This document shows, one piece after another, positions 29,597-38,662 of a DNA stretch of 64,000 nucleotides. The stretch comes from a virus (taxonomy: Duplodnaviria > Caudoviricetes). Below the pieces are notes generated by a model, which ran no database searches, was not told where the DNA came from, and was given only the letters and a program-made list of their open reading frames with translations. Location of the stretch: the IMG/VR virus record IMGVR_UViG_3300028591_000070, positions 32,001 through 96,000 of that record; one strand, 5' to 3'. Position 1 is the stretch's first letter; each line of letters starts with the position of its first letter. The position numbers were made by a program, and so were the translations under genes.

Positions 29597-30442
29597 ATGG
29601 TTAGTATAGTTAAAGAATCAGATGACGCAAATAAAAAGAATAGTGCTGATTTCACTGGGGTAGATAAAGACATACAAGTTTATGAAAGAGATGTCTTAGA
29701 CTACCTCACAGACATGGAGCCTCAGTCTCAAAATCTTTTTTATGCTGGAAACTTTCTAGAAGTAGGATCTGGCTCAAGCTCAATTAAAGAATTTTATAAT
29801 GCTCATTATCGTATTGCAGGCATTCAACTACCAGGTATGTCATTTGATATGGAAACTGATAAACTAACTCGTATCCCAATGTTTAAGGCTTGTAATTTTG
29901 AATATAAAGTTACTATTGATTGGCGTGAAGATGTTTATCATTCTGTTCAAAAATATCATGAAGATTGGATGAGAAGATGGTATGATAGAGTTCATGATAC
30001 TTTAAGATGCGGTGTAAGTGGAAAGTTTCGTTCATTAGATTTAATTGCATATCATTATACAGCGAGTTCAGATCTTGCAACATTTTTAGAAGAGCCAGAA
30101 ATTGAACCTTTATTTTGGTATAGAATTGCTGGTATGGTACCTATCAATATTGAAGGTATGAAATTTGATGCTGCAAATGGTAAAAATGATGAATTATATT
30201 CTGTTCAATATATATGTTCTAAAATAGATTTACGATATAATATGAAATTCTTATCAACAGAACATAACTTATATGACACAACTGAAAGTGCCAAAGAAGG
30301 TAAATCTATGAATGATGTTGCTGTTTGGTCTCCTGAAGGAATAAATGAGTCATTTAATTCAGAAGCACAACAGAATCAAAATCTTGAAAAATTACGTTTA
30401 GCACGTACATTATCTACTACATATGATAGTTATTTATCTTAA
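29597..30442 (+). CDS. tail tube-like / baseplate tube initiator protein
   Basis: IQLPGMSF..KVTIDWRED..VQKYHEDWM..GMVPINI pattern of gp19/gp54-like folds. Confidence 0.5.
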   Translation: MVSIVKESDDANKKNSADFTGVDKDIQVYERDVLDYLTDMEPQSQNLFYAGNFLEVGSGSSSIKEFYNAHYRIAGIQLPGMSFDMETDKLTRIPMFKACNFEYKVTIDWREDVYHSVQKYHEDWMRRWYDRVHDTLRCGVSGKFRSLDLIAYHYTASSDLATFLEEPEIEPLFWYRIAGMVPINIEGMKFDAANGKNDELYSVQYICSKIDLRYNMKFLSTEHNLYDTTESAKEGKSMNDVAVWSPEGINESFNSEAQQNQNLEKLRLARTLSTTYDSYLS

Positions 30443-30451
30443 GGAGGTTTT

Positions 30452-30943
30452 ATGACAACTGAGAATACTTTATTAGGAAAAATGGTTGACCTCTTTGAGG
30501 AACCAGAAGGAACATCAAATATCATTGATTTAGACTTCGATCCGATGAATGAAGATGGTTGGAGTACAATGACTCGTTCATTAGTTGAAAAAAATAGTTT
30601 TGCTATATTAAATGCTTATAGAATGTGGTTAGCTTCTAGAAGAGGAGACTATATCAGAGAAAACCCTGATGCAAGTGGATATTTTCAATATGCCTTAAAT
30701 AATAAATATACATTTGAGAAAGCAAATGAAGAAAATGTTAAAAATGATATTATCAGACTAACTGCAGAAAGATTTCCTTTAATTAGATTGGTTGATTGTC
30801 AGGTAAAAGCTAATCAGTCTACTAAAAAATGGGAAGTAAAGGTTATTATAGAAGACTTAAAAAGTGGCAATTTTGTATCTATGGAAGAAAACTTAGACGT
30901 TGTAAACAAAGAAACAAATCAGGGATTTTTGGAGATTGAATAA
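30452..30943 (+). CDS. baseplate wedge protein (gp25-like)
   Basis: WLASRRGDYIRENPD...ERFPLIRLVDCQV..WEVKV. Confidence 0.55.
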   Translation: MTTENTLLGKMVDLFEEPEGTSNIIDLDFDPMNEDGWSTMTRSLVEKNSFAILNAYRMWLASRRGDYIRENPDASGYFQYALNNKYTFEKANEENVKNDIIRLTAERFPLIRLVDCQVKANQSTKKWEVKVIIEDLKSGNFVSMEENLDVVNKETNQGFLEIE

Positions 30944-31362
30944 TGAACTTAAAAGAACTTAAAAAATTAGAAAGTGCATATTTTACTTCTGAAAAATCAA
31001 ACTTAAGAGAATATGCCAAAGCTTATAAAGAAATATACACAAAATGTAAAAGATTCTCTGGATTATGGCTTTCTGATGAAGTTTTAATTTCTGATATGGC
31101 TAGAGTTTATATTCAAGAACAAATGCATGATATGCAGCTTATAGCAAATGACTCAGATTTAAGACAAAGAATAAAAGGTGCAAGCAAACTTATAGTTAAA
31201 AATTTTGCTACAAAAGATGAAGTTTTAGCTTTAATTAAAAGATTAGATGTCCCACCTAGAAGTTTTGAAGAAGCACGTACAATGCTTGAAAAAAGTTATT
31301 TATATAGCAAGATTAAGCCTGAGACTCTTTCTGCTGTTCTCTCAGAATACTTAGGTCTTTAG
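30943..31362 (+). CDS. hypothetical protein
   Basis: TAATG-coupled ORF. Confidence 0.75.
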   Translation: MNLKELKKLESAYFTSEKSNLREYAKAYKEIYTKCKRFSGLWLSDEVLISDMARVYIQEQMHDMQLIANDSDLRQRIKGASKLIVKNFATKDEVLALIKRLDVPPRSFEEARTMLEKSYLYSKIKPETLSAVLSEYLGL

Positions 31363-31464
31363 TATATTTTTCAATACTGGTATAATATATTTCTTTTTTA
31401 GATTTTTTGATTTTAGGTTTATTTAGGTAGGCTAAAAGTTTCTTAAAAAACACAATTACTGGCA

Positions 31465-31902
31465 TTATTGCTGTTTCCTCTCGTCAAACAAATGTCTCTC
31501 ATTAAGCTCAGAAATAAAGAGTTCTAACTTAGAACAACTTATGCCACATTTTACAAATGATTCATCAGTATCTAATATTTCTTTAATCTCTTTCCAAGAT
31601 TTATTTTGAACATGCTTATAATAATAGGCTACTGATGTAATTATTGCTTCCTTAAATTCCTCTACTGAAGGGAAAGAAATTGTTTCTCCATTGAACGCTT
31701 CAATAATTGACATGAAGTTATCCAACCCCACTGCATTATACACATCTATCAGTTTTAAGATTTTTTCATCTTTATAGGAATTTCTTAATAAAAGTAAGGT
31801 TAAAATATCTCTTACTAAATCTGCTTGAGGCTTATCTGTTAATATATTATTAAGTTTATTTTTAAAAACAGAAGTCTCATTGTCAAAAAGTCTGTCTGCC
31901 AT
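31465..31902 (-). CDS. hypothetical, possibly Mor-like DNA-binding protein
   Basis: AFNGETISFPS resembles the Mor fGG..iyiP motif; SWKEIKEIL helix. Confidence 0.35.
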   Translation of the reverse strand: MADRLFDNETSVFKNKLNNILTDKPQADLVRDILTLLLLRNSYKDEKILKLIDVYNAVGLDNFMSIIEAFNGETISFPSVEEFKEAIITSVAYYYKHVQNKSWKEIKEILDTDESFVKCGISCSKLELFISELNERHLFDERKQQ

Positions 31903-31905
31903 GGA

Positions 31906-32733
31906 TTAATTAGTCTTTTGTCCAAAAGGCAAAAGATTAAAGCCATGGCCTTTTAAGTAAGTTATTTTATATGAGGCAAAATCAAATTTATTTATCCATT
32001 CATTAGCTTTATCAAACATATCCTTTTCACGTTCAATTCCAATAAATTGTCTTTTAGCTAATTCAGCTGCAATTCCACAAGAACCACTTCCCATAAATGG
32101 GTCTAAAACAATGTCTCCTTCATCAGAATAATTCATAATAATAGAATAGTTTAATAAAATTGATTTTTGACATGTATGGATTTGTTTTTCAGTTGTTGAC
32201 AAATAATAAGGCATCTTAAAACAAAAAACAGTATCATGAATATTAAATTTAGGTCTATCAACAACACCTGTATAAACATTTAGAGCATTTGTAATATTCT
32301 CTTTATAGTTAAACAAATCATTATTTTCATGAAACTTAAAGTTTTCAGTTTTTGTAAGGTGTAAAATATCTTCTCTAAGAGATTTTAGTTGATACTTAGA
32401 GCCACGTCCCTTTTGGCGCGCTAAAGATTTCCAATCTTCTAAATGGTTGATAAATCCTGTTTCTTTAATTGTTTCAAATAATTCTGGAATTTTTGAAGGA
32501 GCGCAAAACATCCACAAATTTCCATCATCTTTTAGTATTCTATAGCATTCTGTGAGCCATTGAATATTAAAGTCATAAAATTCTTTTGTGGACATTTTAT
32601 CCCAATCATCATTTTTCATGTGATTAGTTGAACTCATAGAGATAGCATATGGGGGATCACACAGTACTAAATCTACACTTTTATCTTCTAATGTTTTTAA
32701 GTACTCCAAGCTATCTTTATTGTATAAGTTCAT
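31906..32733 (-). CDS. DNA methyltransferase, N6-A/N4-C beta class
   Basis: DLVLCDPPY precedes VLDPFMGSG; FIGIERE. Confidence 0.92.
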   Translation of the reverse strand: MNLYNKDSLEYLKTLEDKSVDLVLCDPPYAISMSSTNHMKNDDWDKMSTKEFYDFNIQWLTECYRILKDDGNLWMFCAPSKIPELFETIKETGFINHLEDWKSLARQKGRGSKYQLKSLREDILHLTKTENFKFHENNDLFNYKENITNALNVYTGVVDRPKFNIHDTVFCFKMPYYLSTTEKQIHTCQKSILLNYSIIMNYSDEGDIVLDPFMGSGSCGIAAELAKRQFIGIEREKDMFDKANEWINKFDFASYKITYLKGHGFNLLPFGQKTN

Positions 32734-33145
32734 ATAATTTTTTCGAGGCAACTCCTACAGTTCTATCATCTAATTTTTTAAATATATAATCACCACAATC
32801 TTGATAATCAAAATCAATAGGTGAAACCATTTTTGTTAAAATATCGCTAATCATCTTATCAGCATCTTTGCCTTCAGATCTAATAACATTTCCTAAGCCA
32901 GTCCATCTTAAGGGTGTTCCATCTTTTCCTGGAAACCATCCTCTAGGCTGACCTCCTTTATCTCTATATGGAGCTATTACAATTCGCATAACTTGCATTG
33001 TATTAAGCTTATTAGGTCCATTGTAATAAGCTTCATATACTTCATTATTAGAAATAAGGCAGACAACTGTATCATAGTTTACAATATCTTTTACTTTGTC
33101 ATAATCTTCTCGTTTATAAATTATCCAATTGTCTGCTTTAATCAT
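32717..33145 (-). CDS. putative MTase accessory/target-recognition subunit
   Basis: RIVIAPYRDKGGQPRGW..RWTGLGNV resembles the variable mid-region of beta-class MTases; overlaps the MTase start. Confidence 0.45.
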   Translation of the reverse strand: MIKADNWIIYKREDYDKVKDIVNYDTVVCLISNNEVYEAYYNGPNKLNTMQVMRIVIAPYRDKGGQPRGWFPGKDGTPLRWTGLGNVIRSEGKDADKMISDILTKMVSPIDFDYQDCGDYIFKKLDDRTVGVASKKLYELIQ

Positions 33146-33147
33146 TT

Positions 33148-33708
33148 TTATTTATTCTTCTTAAAAAGACGATCAAAGAAAGACACACGAGGTTTTGCAA
33201 CCAATTTATATTCTTTCATAAACTCAAAATAAGACATTCCTTCTGGTACAAGCGCCATAACTTCTTCAAGAATATTGTTAATAGCGGCCTCTGTATCAAT
33301 ATTAGGAGTATCACCAATAATTTTCTTAATTTTTGTAAGCTGAACTTTAGGATTTGCTTTCTCATATTCCTGAGATATTAAAATACCATTAAAAGCATTT
33401 TTAATAGCATCTTTATCAACTTTATGCTTTTTAAGAACGTCATTAATTGTTTTAAGGCTCTCAACACAAGTATCTTGATCTTCTAAAGCTTCTGGAAGGA
33501 AAAGATTTTCAAAAGCTTCTTGAAGTTCTTTCTGAGCTTGCATATAATCTTCTAAAGATTCTTCTTTTTTCTTAGATGACTGTTTCTTTTTAGCTTTTTT
33601 AGCATCAGTAGTATACTCTTCAACATCAGTAAAATAAAATTTCTCTTTTACTTTATCATTTTTCGAAACACCTTCTGTAGGTTTTTCATAAATTGATTTC
33701 TTTGACAT
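33148..33708 (-). CDS. hypothetical protein
   Basis: 186-aa charged ORF in operon. Confidence 0.75.
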   Translation of the reverse strand: MSKKSIYEKPTEGVSKNDKVKEKFYFTDVEEYTTDAKKAKKKQSSKKKEESLEDYMQAQKELQEAFENLFLPEALEDQDTCVESLKTINDVLKKHKVDKDAIKNAFNGILISQEYEKANPKVQLTKIKKIIGDTPNIDTEAAINNILEEVMALVPEGMSYFEFMKEYKLVAKPRVSFFDRLFKKNK

Positions 33709-33711
33709 ATT

Positions 33712-34380
33712 TTAGTCCTCCATATATGTATAATTTACATAACCGTTTTTCAAACAGAATTCCACCGCTTCTTTCCTAACTTCAGGCTTTGAAATAACGA
33801 TAACTCTAAAGAATCTGAATGTTGCACGCATATTGTCAATAAATTCAGCATCCTTTCCATTTCCAATCCAATCAACATAAATATGACCCATTGTATGATT
33901 CATAATCTGTACAAGAGCAAGTTGATTGATTTTATCTTCATTAGTAATTACTGTATAAACATTATTAAACAATTCATAAGCATCTTTATCTGAAATAACC
34001 TCTGGCTTACCTTCCCACAAGAAATAAGGTGGACGATAGTCTTTAAGCTTAAGCTTTCCTTGTTTATCCAATTCTTTCTGTAGATCTAATGACTCATGTG
34101 AGATATTATTTAAGAGGTCTTGAAGCTGATCAAAGTTTTCATTTTTAATAACGTCTGAACCATTAATCTTAAACATAGTTTCCTGAGAACCATCGCATCC
34201 TCTTTCATAAGCATCATTTACTTCTACAGGAAGCTTTGCAAGAGCGTCCTTAAACTCTCCAAACAAATCAATTTTATCTTCAGTATCTTCAACTTCATCA
34301 AAATAAATACTGATTTCTGGGTGTCCATTTGCTGGACCTTTATTCTCTAATTCATATTTAACTTCTTTAATCTTAAGCAT
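33712..34380 (-). CDS. hypothetical protein (N-terminus weakly QueE-like, no CxxxCxxC)
   Basis: LKIKEVKYELENKGPANGHPEISIYF. Confidence 0.7.
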   Translation of the reverse strand: MLKIKEVKYELENKGPANGHPEISIYFDEVEDTEDKIDLFGEFKDALAKLPVEVNDAYERGCDGSQETMFKINGSDVIKNENFDQLQDLLNNISHESLDLQKELDKQGKLKLKDYRPPYFLWEGKPEVISDKDAYELFNNVYTVITNEDKINQLALVQIMNHTMGHIYVDWIGNGKDAEFIDNMRATFRFFRVIVISKPEVRKEAVEFCLKNGYVNYTYMED

Positions 34381-34383
34381 ATT

Positions 34384-35001
34384 TTACTCCTCTTCATCCT
34401 TTTTATTTAAAATACTTACAAGTGAACTGTTCTTAAAAAACTCTTCTCCAGCTTTTTCCAAAGAATCAAACTCACCTTTACGATACTTTCTCATATAAAT
34501 AACTAATGACTTTCTCTTGTCATAAAGATATTTATAATAAACTCCAATCTTGTCATCCTTAAAAGTACTATTCTCTAGATATAAGAATGCAATGTCCTTG
34601 TGCTGTAAAACTTTATCAATTCTAAATAATCTTTCACCTGCAAGGCGTAATGAATACTTAGAAAGCTGGTCAATTTTAGTTGGGTCTTTTTCCAATTCCT
34701 CTACAAGTTCTTCCTTTGTATTTTCATGCTGTTCAAAAACCTGCTCAACAATACGAGGATAGTGCTTTTCAACCAAAATATCCTTAATTTCAGCGATAAA
34801 GTCTTTTACATTTTCTTTGTAATTAAAAGGGAAGAAGTAATCGCTATTTGTATTTACATGTGTTACTGTAACACCTTTGCGACCATCCTTAATTTCGATA
34901 ACCATCGAAAGCATAATCGATGATTTTTTACAGAAGTTTGAAAACTTCTTTTGGAAGGTTGTTTCCCACATTTTTGGGGAACAATAATTTTCTACTAGCA
35001 T
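34384..35001 (-). CDS. hypothetical protein
   Basis: AAGGA SD; 205 aa. Confidence 0.75.
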   Translation of the reverse strand: MLVENYCSPKMWETTFQKKFSNFCKKSSIMLSMVIEIKDGRKGVTVTHVNTNSDYFFPFNYKENVKDFIAEIKDILVEKHYPRIVEQVFEQHENTKEELVEELEKDPTKIDQLSKYSLRLAGERLFRIDKVLQHKDIAFLYLENSTFKDDKIGVYYKYLYDKRKSLVIYMRKYRKGEFDSLEKAGEEFFKNSSLVSILNKKDEEE

Positions 35002-35024
35002 ATCATAATTCCTTTTATCATATT

Positions 35025-35048
35025 ATCCCCTCATATTTGAGGGGTTAT
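35025..35048 (-). terminator. terminator-like hairpin
   Basis: cccctca-tatt-tgagggg after the tail chaperone genes. Confidence 0.6.
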
Positions 35049-35049
35049 T

Positions 35050-35335
35050 TCAAACATGCATCATGCTTCTAGCTTGATTCATCATAGAACTCATACTTGG
35101 AACTGTCATTGCTCCATGAATTCCACCACCATTTTGCTGTTTTTCTTGTTCTTCAGCTTGTTTTTTGTTTCTTTCTTCAATAATCTTCTCGCGTTGATTT
35201 TCCAGACCTAAAAGACGATTTAATGGCATATTCATCATTTCGTCATATCCGAAACCACTATTCTCACTCAAAAGATAAATGAGCCTTAGAAGATCTTGCG
35301 GACTGCATGGCAGTGAGTAAGTCCATGATTCGAAA
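35050..35335 (-). CDS. C-terminal extension of tail/baseplate assembly chaperone, probably reached by +1 frameshift
   Basis: LIYLLSENSGFGYDEMMNMPLNR..EKIIEERNK motif typical of chaperone second ORFs; no SD-led start upstream of the motif; overlaps the upstream gene. Confidence 0.6.
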
Positions 35336-36385
35336 GTTGTATGGTCGCTGCACAACTTTATTCAAAATAGGGTCGAGTGCAGTGATTTCCTCTTTATAAC
35401 CAAACTTTAGTGAATCAAACATTTCCTGAACCTGCTTGAATGTATTATAGTCAAGTCGTGGGTCTTTAGCTAAGTTGATTTTTTCTCTGATAGAAAGATG
35501 ACTTACATCTTTTCCATCAAACTCTTTAATATACAAAGCTTTAGAAGCAGTTGTAGTGAATAATGCTTTTGCAACTTCATATTCCTTATAATCTTCTTTA
35601 TCACGAGGAGAAACAGCAGGAATTCTAGTCCAATCTACATTTTCACCATTAATCATTCTTTCATTAGCATCTTTTATCAATTGAAGAATATGACCAAGAC
35701 GAGCATATTTTCTATCCTCGTTCTGATAAACATCGTCAATAAACATTTTAAGCTTAAGAAAGTCTCCATATCTTGGAAGAGAGAATGTTACTGAGAAAGG
35801 CTTACCAAATAAATCTGTTTCATATTTTACAGTTGTCTTGAAATTGTCATCTTCTGAGATGTCATAATAATCAATTGCCTGTGAAATATCCAAATCGAAA
35901 GCAGGACGCCATTCACCATTCTTAATAGCTCTAAGCTGTGCTCTATATTCTGGTGTATCTCCACCATTCTGTTTCTTAAGCTCTTCATAGTCTTCTTCCG
36001 TAAGTTCCCATGTTTGCTGTGGGAAAATACTCTGATAAAAGATTTCATACATAGTAATTAAGGTCTCTACAACTTCTTTCTCATGGAAGTCACCAACATC
36101 AATATATCCTGGCTCTCCAGGTTTCATAGGATTGTAGATTAAATTTTGAAGAGTTTTTAAGAGACGAATCTGGAAATCTTTTTCATCTGAAAGTCCCAAA
36201 TTCATAATATCTTCTGGTGAAAAGCTTTTAATAAAAAATGAAGCAGGCGCTCCAACTTTTCCAACTGTTGATAGTTTTATGTTTACATAACCATCAGGAG
36301 CATTTGTTCTATCTTCGACATTTTGAAACGATTGTTTTTGTGCTTCTTCTGAAGGTGTGTGGTCATTTACTGGACCCATTGGCAT
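35264..36385 (-). CDS. tail/baseplate hub assembly chaperone (gp26/gp51-like)
   Basis: AAGGAGG SD; IKLSTVGK..IKSFSPED, VTFSLPRYGD; followed by overlapping MxMP ORF. Confidence 0.55.
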   Translation of the reverse strand: MPMGPVNDHTPSEEAQKQSFQNVEDRTNAPDGYVNIKLSTVGKVGAPASFFIKSFSPEDIMNLGLSDEKDFQIRLLKTLQNLIYNPMKPGEPGYIDVGDFHEKEVVETLITMYEIFYQSIFPQQTWELTEEDYEELKKQNGGDTPEYRAQLRAIKNGEWRPAFDLDISQAIDYYDISEDDNFKTTVKYETDLFGKPFSVTFSLPRYGDFLKLKMFIDDVYQNEDRKYARLGHILQLIKDANERMINGENVDWTRIPAVSPRDKEDYKEYEVAKALFTTTASKALYIKEFDGKDVSHLSIREKINLAKDPRLDYNTFKQVQEMFDSLKFGYKEEITALDPILNKVVQRPYNFRIMDLLTAMQSARSSKAHLSFE

Positions 36386-36628
36386 TTAGTTATCCTCCTT
36401 TTTTGCATTTTTACGTACATCATTAGAATACATAGAAAGTGTTGTTTCAATATCCATTCCATAATAATATTGAGCGAAAGCAACTCCTTTGCAAATTTTT
36501 CTCTCAGTAATACTTTTATGAATTAAATATCTACTTGTTTTAACACTTTCAGAAGCCACGCTTTCGTTCAAATAACGAAGACCAGTATTGAGGTCTATAA
36601 TCTCGCATCTTCTTCTTGTATCTTTCAT
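36386..36628 (-). CDS. stand-alone NUMOD1-like DNA-binding domain protein
   Basis: IIDLNTGLRY.NESVAS..VKTSRYLIHKSI..RKICKGVAF. Confidence 0.5.
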   Translation of the reverse strand: MKDTRRRCEIIDLNTGLRYLNESVASESVKTSRYLIHKSITERKICKGVAFAQYYYGMDIETTLSMYSNDVRKNAKKEDN

Positions 36629-36662
36629 ATTATAATTTAATTAGTTTTAGGGGAAAAAGTGA

Positions 36663-36684
36663 AGGCTTGCCAAAAAGCAAGCCT
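36663..36684 (-). terminator. terminator hairpin
   Basis: aggcttgc-caaaaa-gcaagcct. Confidence 0.7.
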
Positions 36685-36689
36685 CTTAA

Positions 36690-37424
36690 TTATGACCAAA
36701 GTGTGCTATTCATTCCGGTATTAGGGTCATTATTATGATCAAAACTTACATGACTTATAGAAAAATGAATTCCATACATGTTTATTTTTCCATCTCTTAA
36801 AAGTTTTTTATTCCACATATTAGGGTTGTACTCACCTATTTTATGAACATCATCGAAATAAATCTGGAAATAAGCATTACCTACTTTTTTGAAGTAATAA
36901 GTCATTGAATATTTCCAAGTGGTACCACAGAATATTGTTTCTTCTGCATTATTATTGATATAATCATCCATTTTTGTTTTTTCAGATTTTGTAACATCTC
37001 TTTTCTTTTTATAAAGTTCAACAAACTCTTTATCAGAAATAATAGACTCATGTAAAATATTGTTAAAAATAGACTCTGTTAAGGAATTACCCTTATATTC
37101 TTTATACAATTTTTCAAGGTTTTTATGAATATTTTCTCCAGTAAAACAAGTACCTGGGTCATCGTACATAATTACATGTGGATTTTTATTTTCTTCGAAT
37201 ACAATATTAAAGCGAGCTTCATCTTGCCAATCACCACCAGCATATCCTGAAATATGGCCACTATCTTTATCATCACTACCATTTGAAACTGAGTCAATTT
37301 CCCAGTTTTCAATATCTAAGTTTTTAGGCCAGTCTTTTAATCTTTTTATATTTAAGATGATATGTCCACTCTCAGAAATATATCCTAAATCCTCAAGCTG
37401 TTTAAAAAATTTTTCTAGTTTCAT
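36690..37424 (-). CDS. hypothetical protein, possible internal head protein
   Basis: ISES, LTES, LHES sites; late motif. Confidence 0.6.
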   Translation of the reverse strand: MKLEKFFKQLEDLGYISESGHIILNIKRLKDWPKNLDIENWEIDSVSNGSDDKDSGHISGYAGGDWQDEARFNIVFEENKNPHVIMYDDPGTCFTGENIHKNLEKLYKEYKGNSLTESIFNNILHESIISDKEFVELYKKKRDVTKSEKTKMDDYINNNAEETIFCGTTWKYSMTYYFKKVGNAYFQIYFDDVHKIGEYNPNMWNKKLLRDGKINMYGIHFSISHVSFDHNNDPNTGMNSTLWS

Positions 37425-37448
37425 ACTTAAATTAGTACTAACTTATAT
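37425..37448. promoter_or_regulatory. back-to-back divergent late-type promoters
   Basis: CAT-acttaaattagt|actaacttatat-ATG: each ACTAA begins exactly 12 nt before its ATG. Confidence 0.75.
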
Positions 37449-37955
37449 ATGATTAAGGTAAAGGAACAGGCTTTAATAGAAAAAACAGAAAATGACACAA
37501 ATAATAGAGTAGGAGTTCTTATTTTTAATGGAAATGGTAAGTTTTTAATTGAGCATGCTCCTAACAAACCACATGATAAAAACTCTTGGGACCTTCCTAA
37601 AGGACATATTAGTTATGATGACCCTAGCTTAGAATATGCTGTAAAAAGAGAATGCTTTGAAGAGACTGGAATATTTTTAGATAAAGTTGAGGAGTTGGGA
37701 ACATTTTTATATGTAAATCCTTATGATATTGGTGACTTAACTATGTTTAAGGCTAGTGTTAATGATACTCAATTCGCAGACTGCGATGAAGAAGAATTAT
37801 TATCAAGCTTAGTTTGTTCTACATTTTTTGAAGAAAATGGCAAAAAATTGCCAGAAGCTAATGAATATAAATTTATAAGCCCTGCCGAATTAAAAGATTA
37901 TCTCTACGATTCTTTAGTAGATTATTTTAATTATAATTTTAAGTTCAATTTTTAG
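37449..37955 (+). CDS. Nudix hydrolase
   Basis: WDLPKGH..AVKRECFEETG Nudix box. Confidence 0.92.
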   Translation: MIKVKEQALIEKTENDTNNRVGVLIFNGNGKFLIEHAPNKPHDKNSWDLPKGHISYDDPSLEYAVKRECFEETGIFLDKVEELGTFLYVNPYDIGDLTMFKASVNDTQFADCDEEELLSSLVCSTFFEENGKKLPEANEYKFISPAELKDYLYDSLVDYFNYNFKFNF

Positions 37956-37969
37956 TTATTTCCAAACAT

Positions 37970-38095
37970 TAAGCGACCTAAGGCGGTGCCGTGGTCAGCT
38001 TTTTGGGCTCGTGCAGGCCAAAAAGACATCTTTTGAGACTTTGAAAAAGTCGAGAAAGTGGTCATCTTTAAATATAATTTAACAGTGACCAGTTT
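37970..38095. other. structured intergenic element (three consecutive hairpins)
   Basis: ctttttgg..ccaaaaag (37999-38025), gacttt-gaa-aaagtc (38037-38051), tggtca..ttaaat-ata-atttaa..tgacca (38059-38091). Confidence 0.45.
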
Positions 38096-38104
38096 CCAGA
38101 CTTT

Positions 38105-38151
38105 TTGAACTTCTATATAAGATATGGTATTATCTATAAGAGGTAAATATT
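38105..38151 (+). promoter_or_regulatory. sigma70-type (early) promoter plus SD
   Basis: TTGAAC-17bp-TATTAT-CTATAAGAGGT. Confidence 0.75.
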
Positions 38152-38550
38152 ATGCAGAACTTAGTAAATGTTGAAAAACTTGGAGCATGTTGTGGACATG
38201 ACATAGTTCATGTTGAGAATGGTAAAGCAAAAGTAGGTGTTATCAACTATTATGCTCAAGGTAAAAAAGATTATCTTTTCAAGATTAAGGGTGAAATTCT
38301 TAAAAATTATCTTTTTCGTGATGGAACTTTTCAGGTAATTCTTTTTTCACCTGAAAATCATTCTGGTGTAGCAATCCTTTATTTAAATGGCTCAGAAGGA
38401 GCATGGAAAGTTCTTTTTTCAGAGGATGACTTTGATAAAGAAGCTCTTGAAGCCGAATGCGAAGGTATCACACCTGACCAAATTAATGAAATAACAGAAA
38501 TTGCAAGTTCTCTTGGACTTCTTGATTATAAAACACTAACAAAATGTTAA
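38152..38550 (+). CDS. hypothetical early protein
   Basis: Has its own promoter, SD and terminator. Confidence 0.8.
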   Translation: MQNLVNVEKLGACCGHDIVHVENGKAKVGVINYYAQGKKDYLFKIKGEILKNYLFRDGTFQVILFSPENHSGVAILYLNGSEGAWKVLFSEDDFDKEALEAECEGITPDQINEITEIASSLGLLDYKTLTKC

Positions 38551-38553
38551 ATT

Positions 38554-38581
38554 AAAAAAGAGCACTGAAAAGTGCTCTTTT
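38554..38581. terminator. bidirectional terminator
   Basis: aaaagagcact-gaaa-agtgctctttt. Confidence 0.9.
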
Positions 38582-38662
38582 ATTTTTATTTACTAAATAA
38601 CTTTCTAATTTTAAGATAAATTAAGATACAGCAAATCTTAATAAACCTGATAAAATTTTTCA

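Noticed and set aside
36386-36628. Homing endonuclease / mobile intron
   Set aside because: Only a NUMOD1-like domain; no HNH or GIY-YIG motif and no interrupted host gene evident.
37956-38104. tRNA gene
   Set aside because: No cloverleaf or TTCGA T-loop found despite the nearby CCA enzyme.
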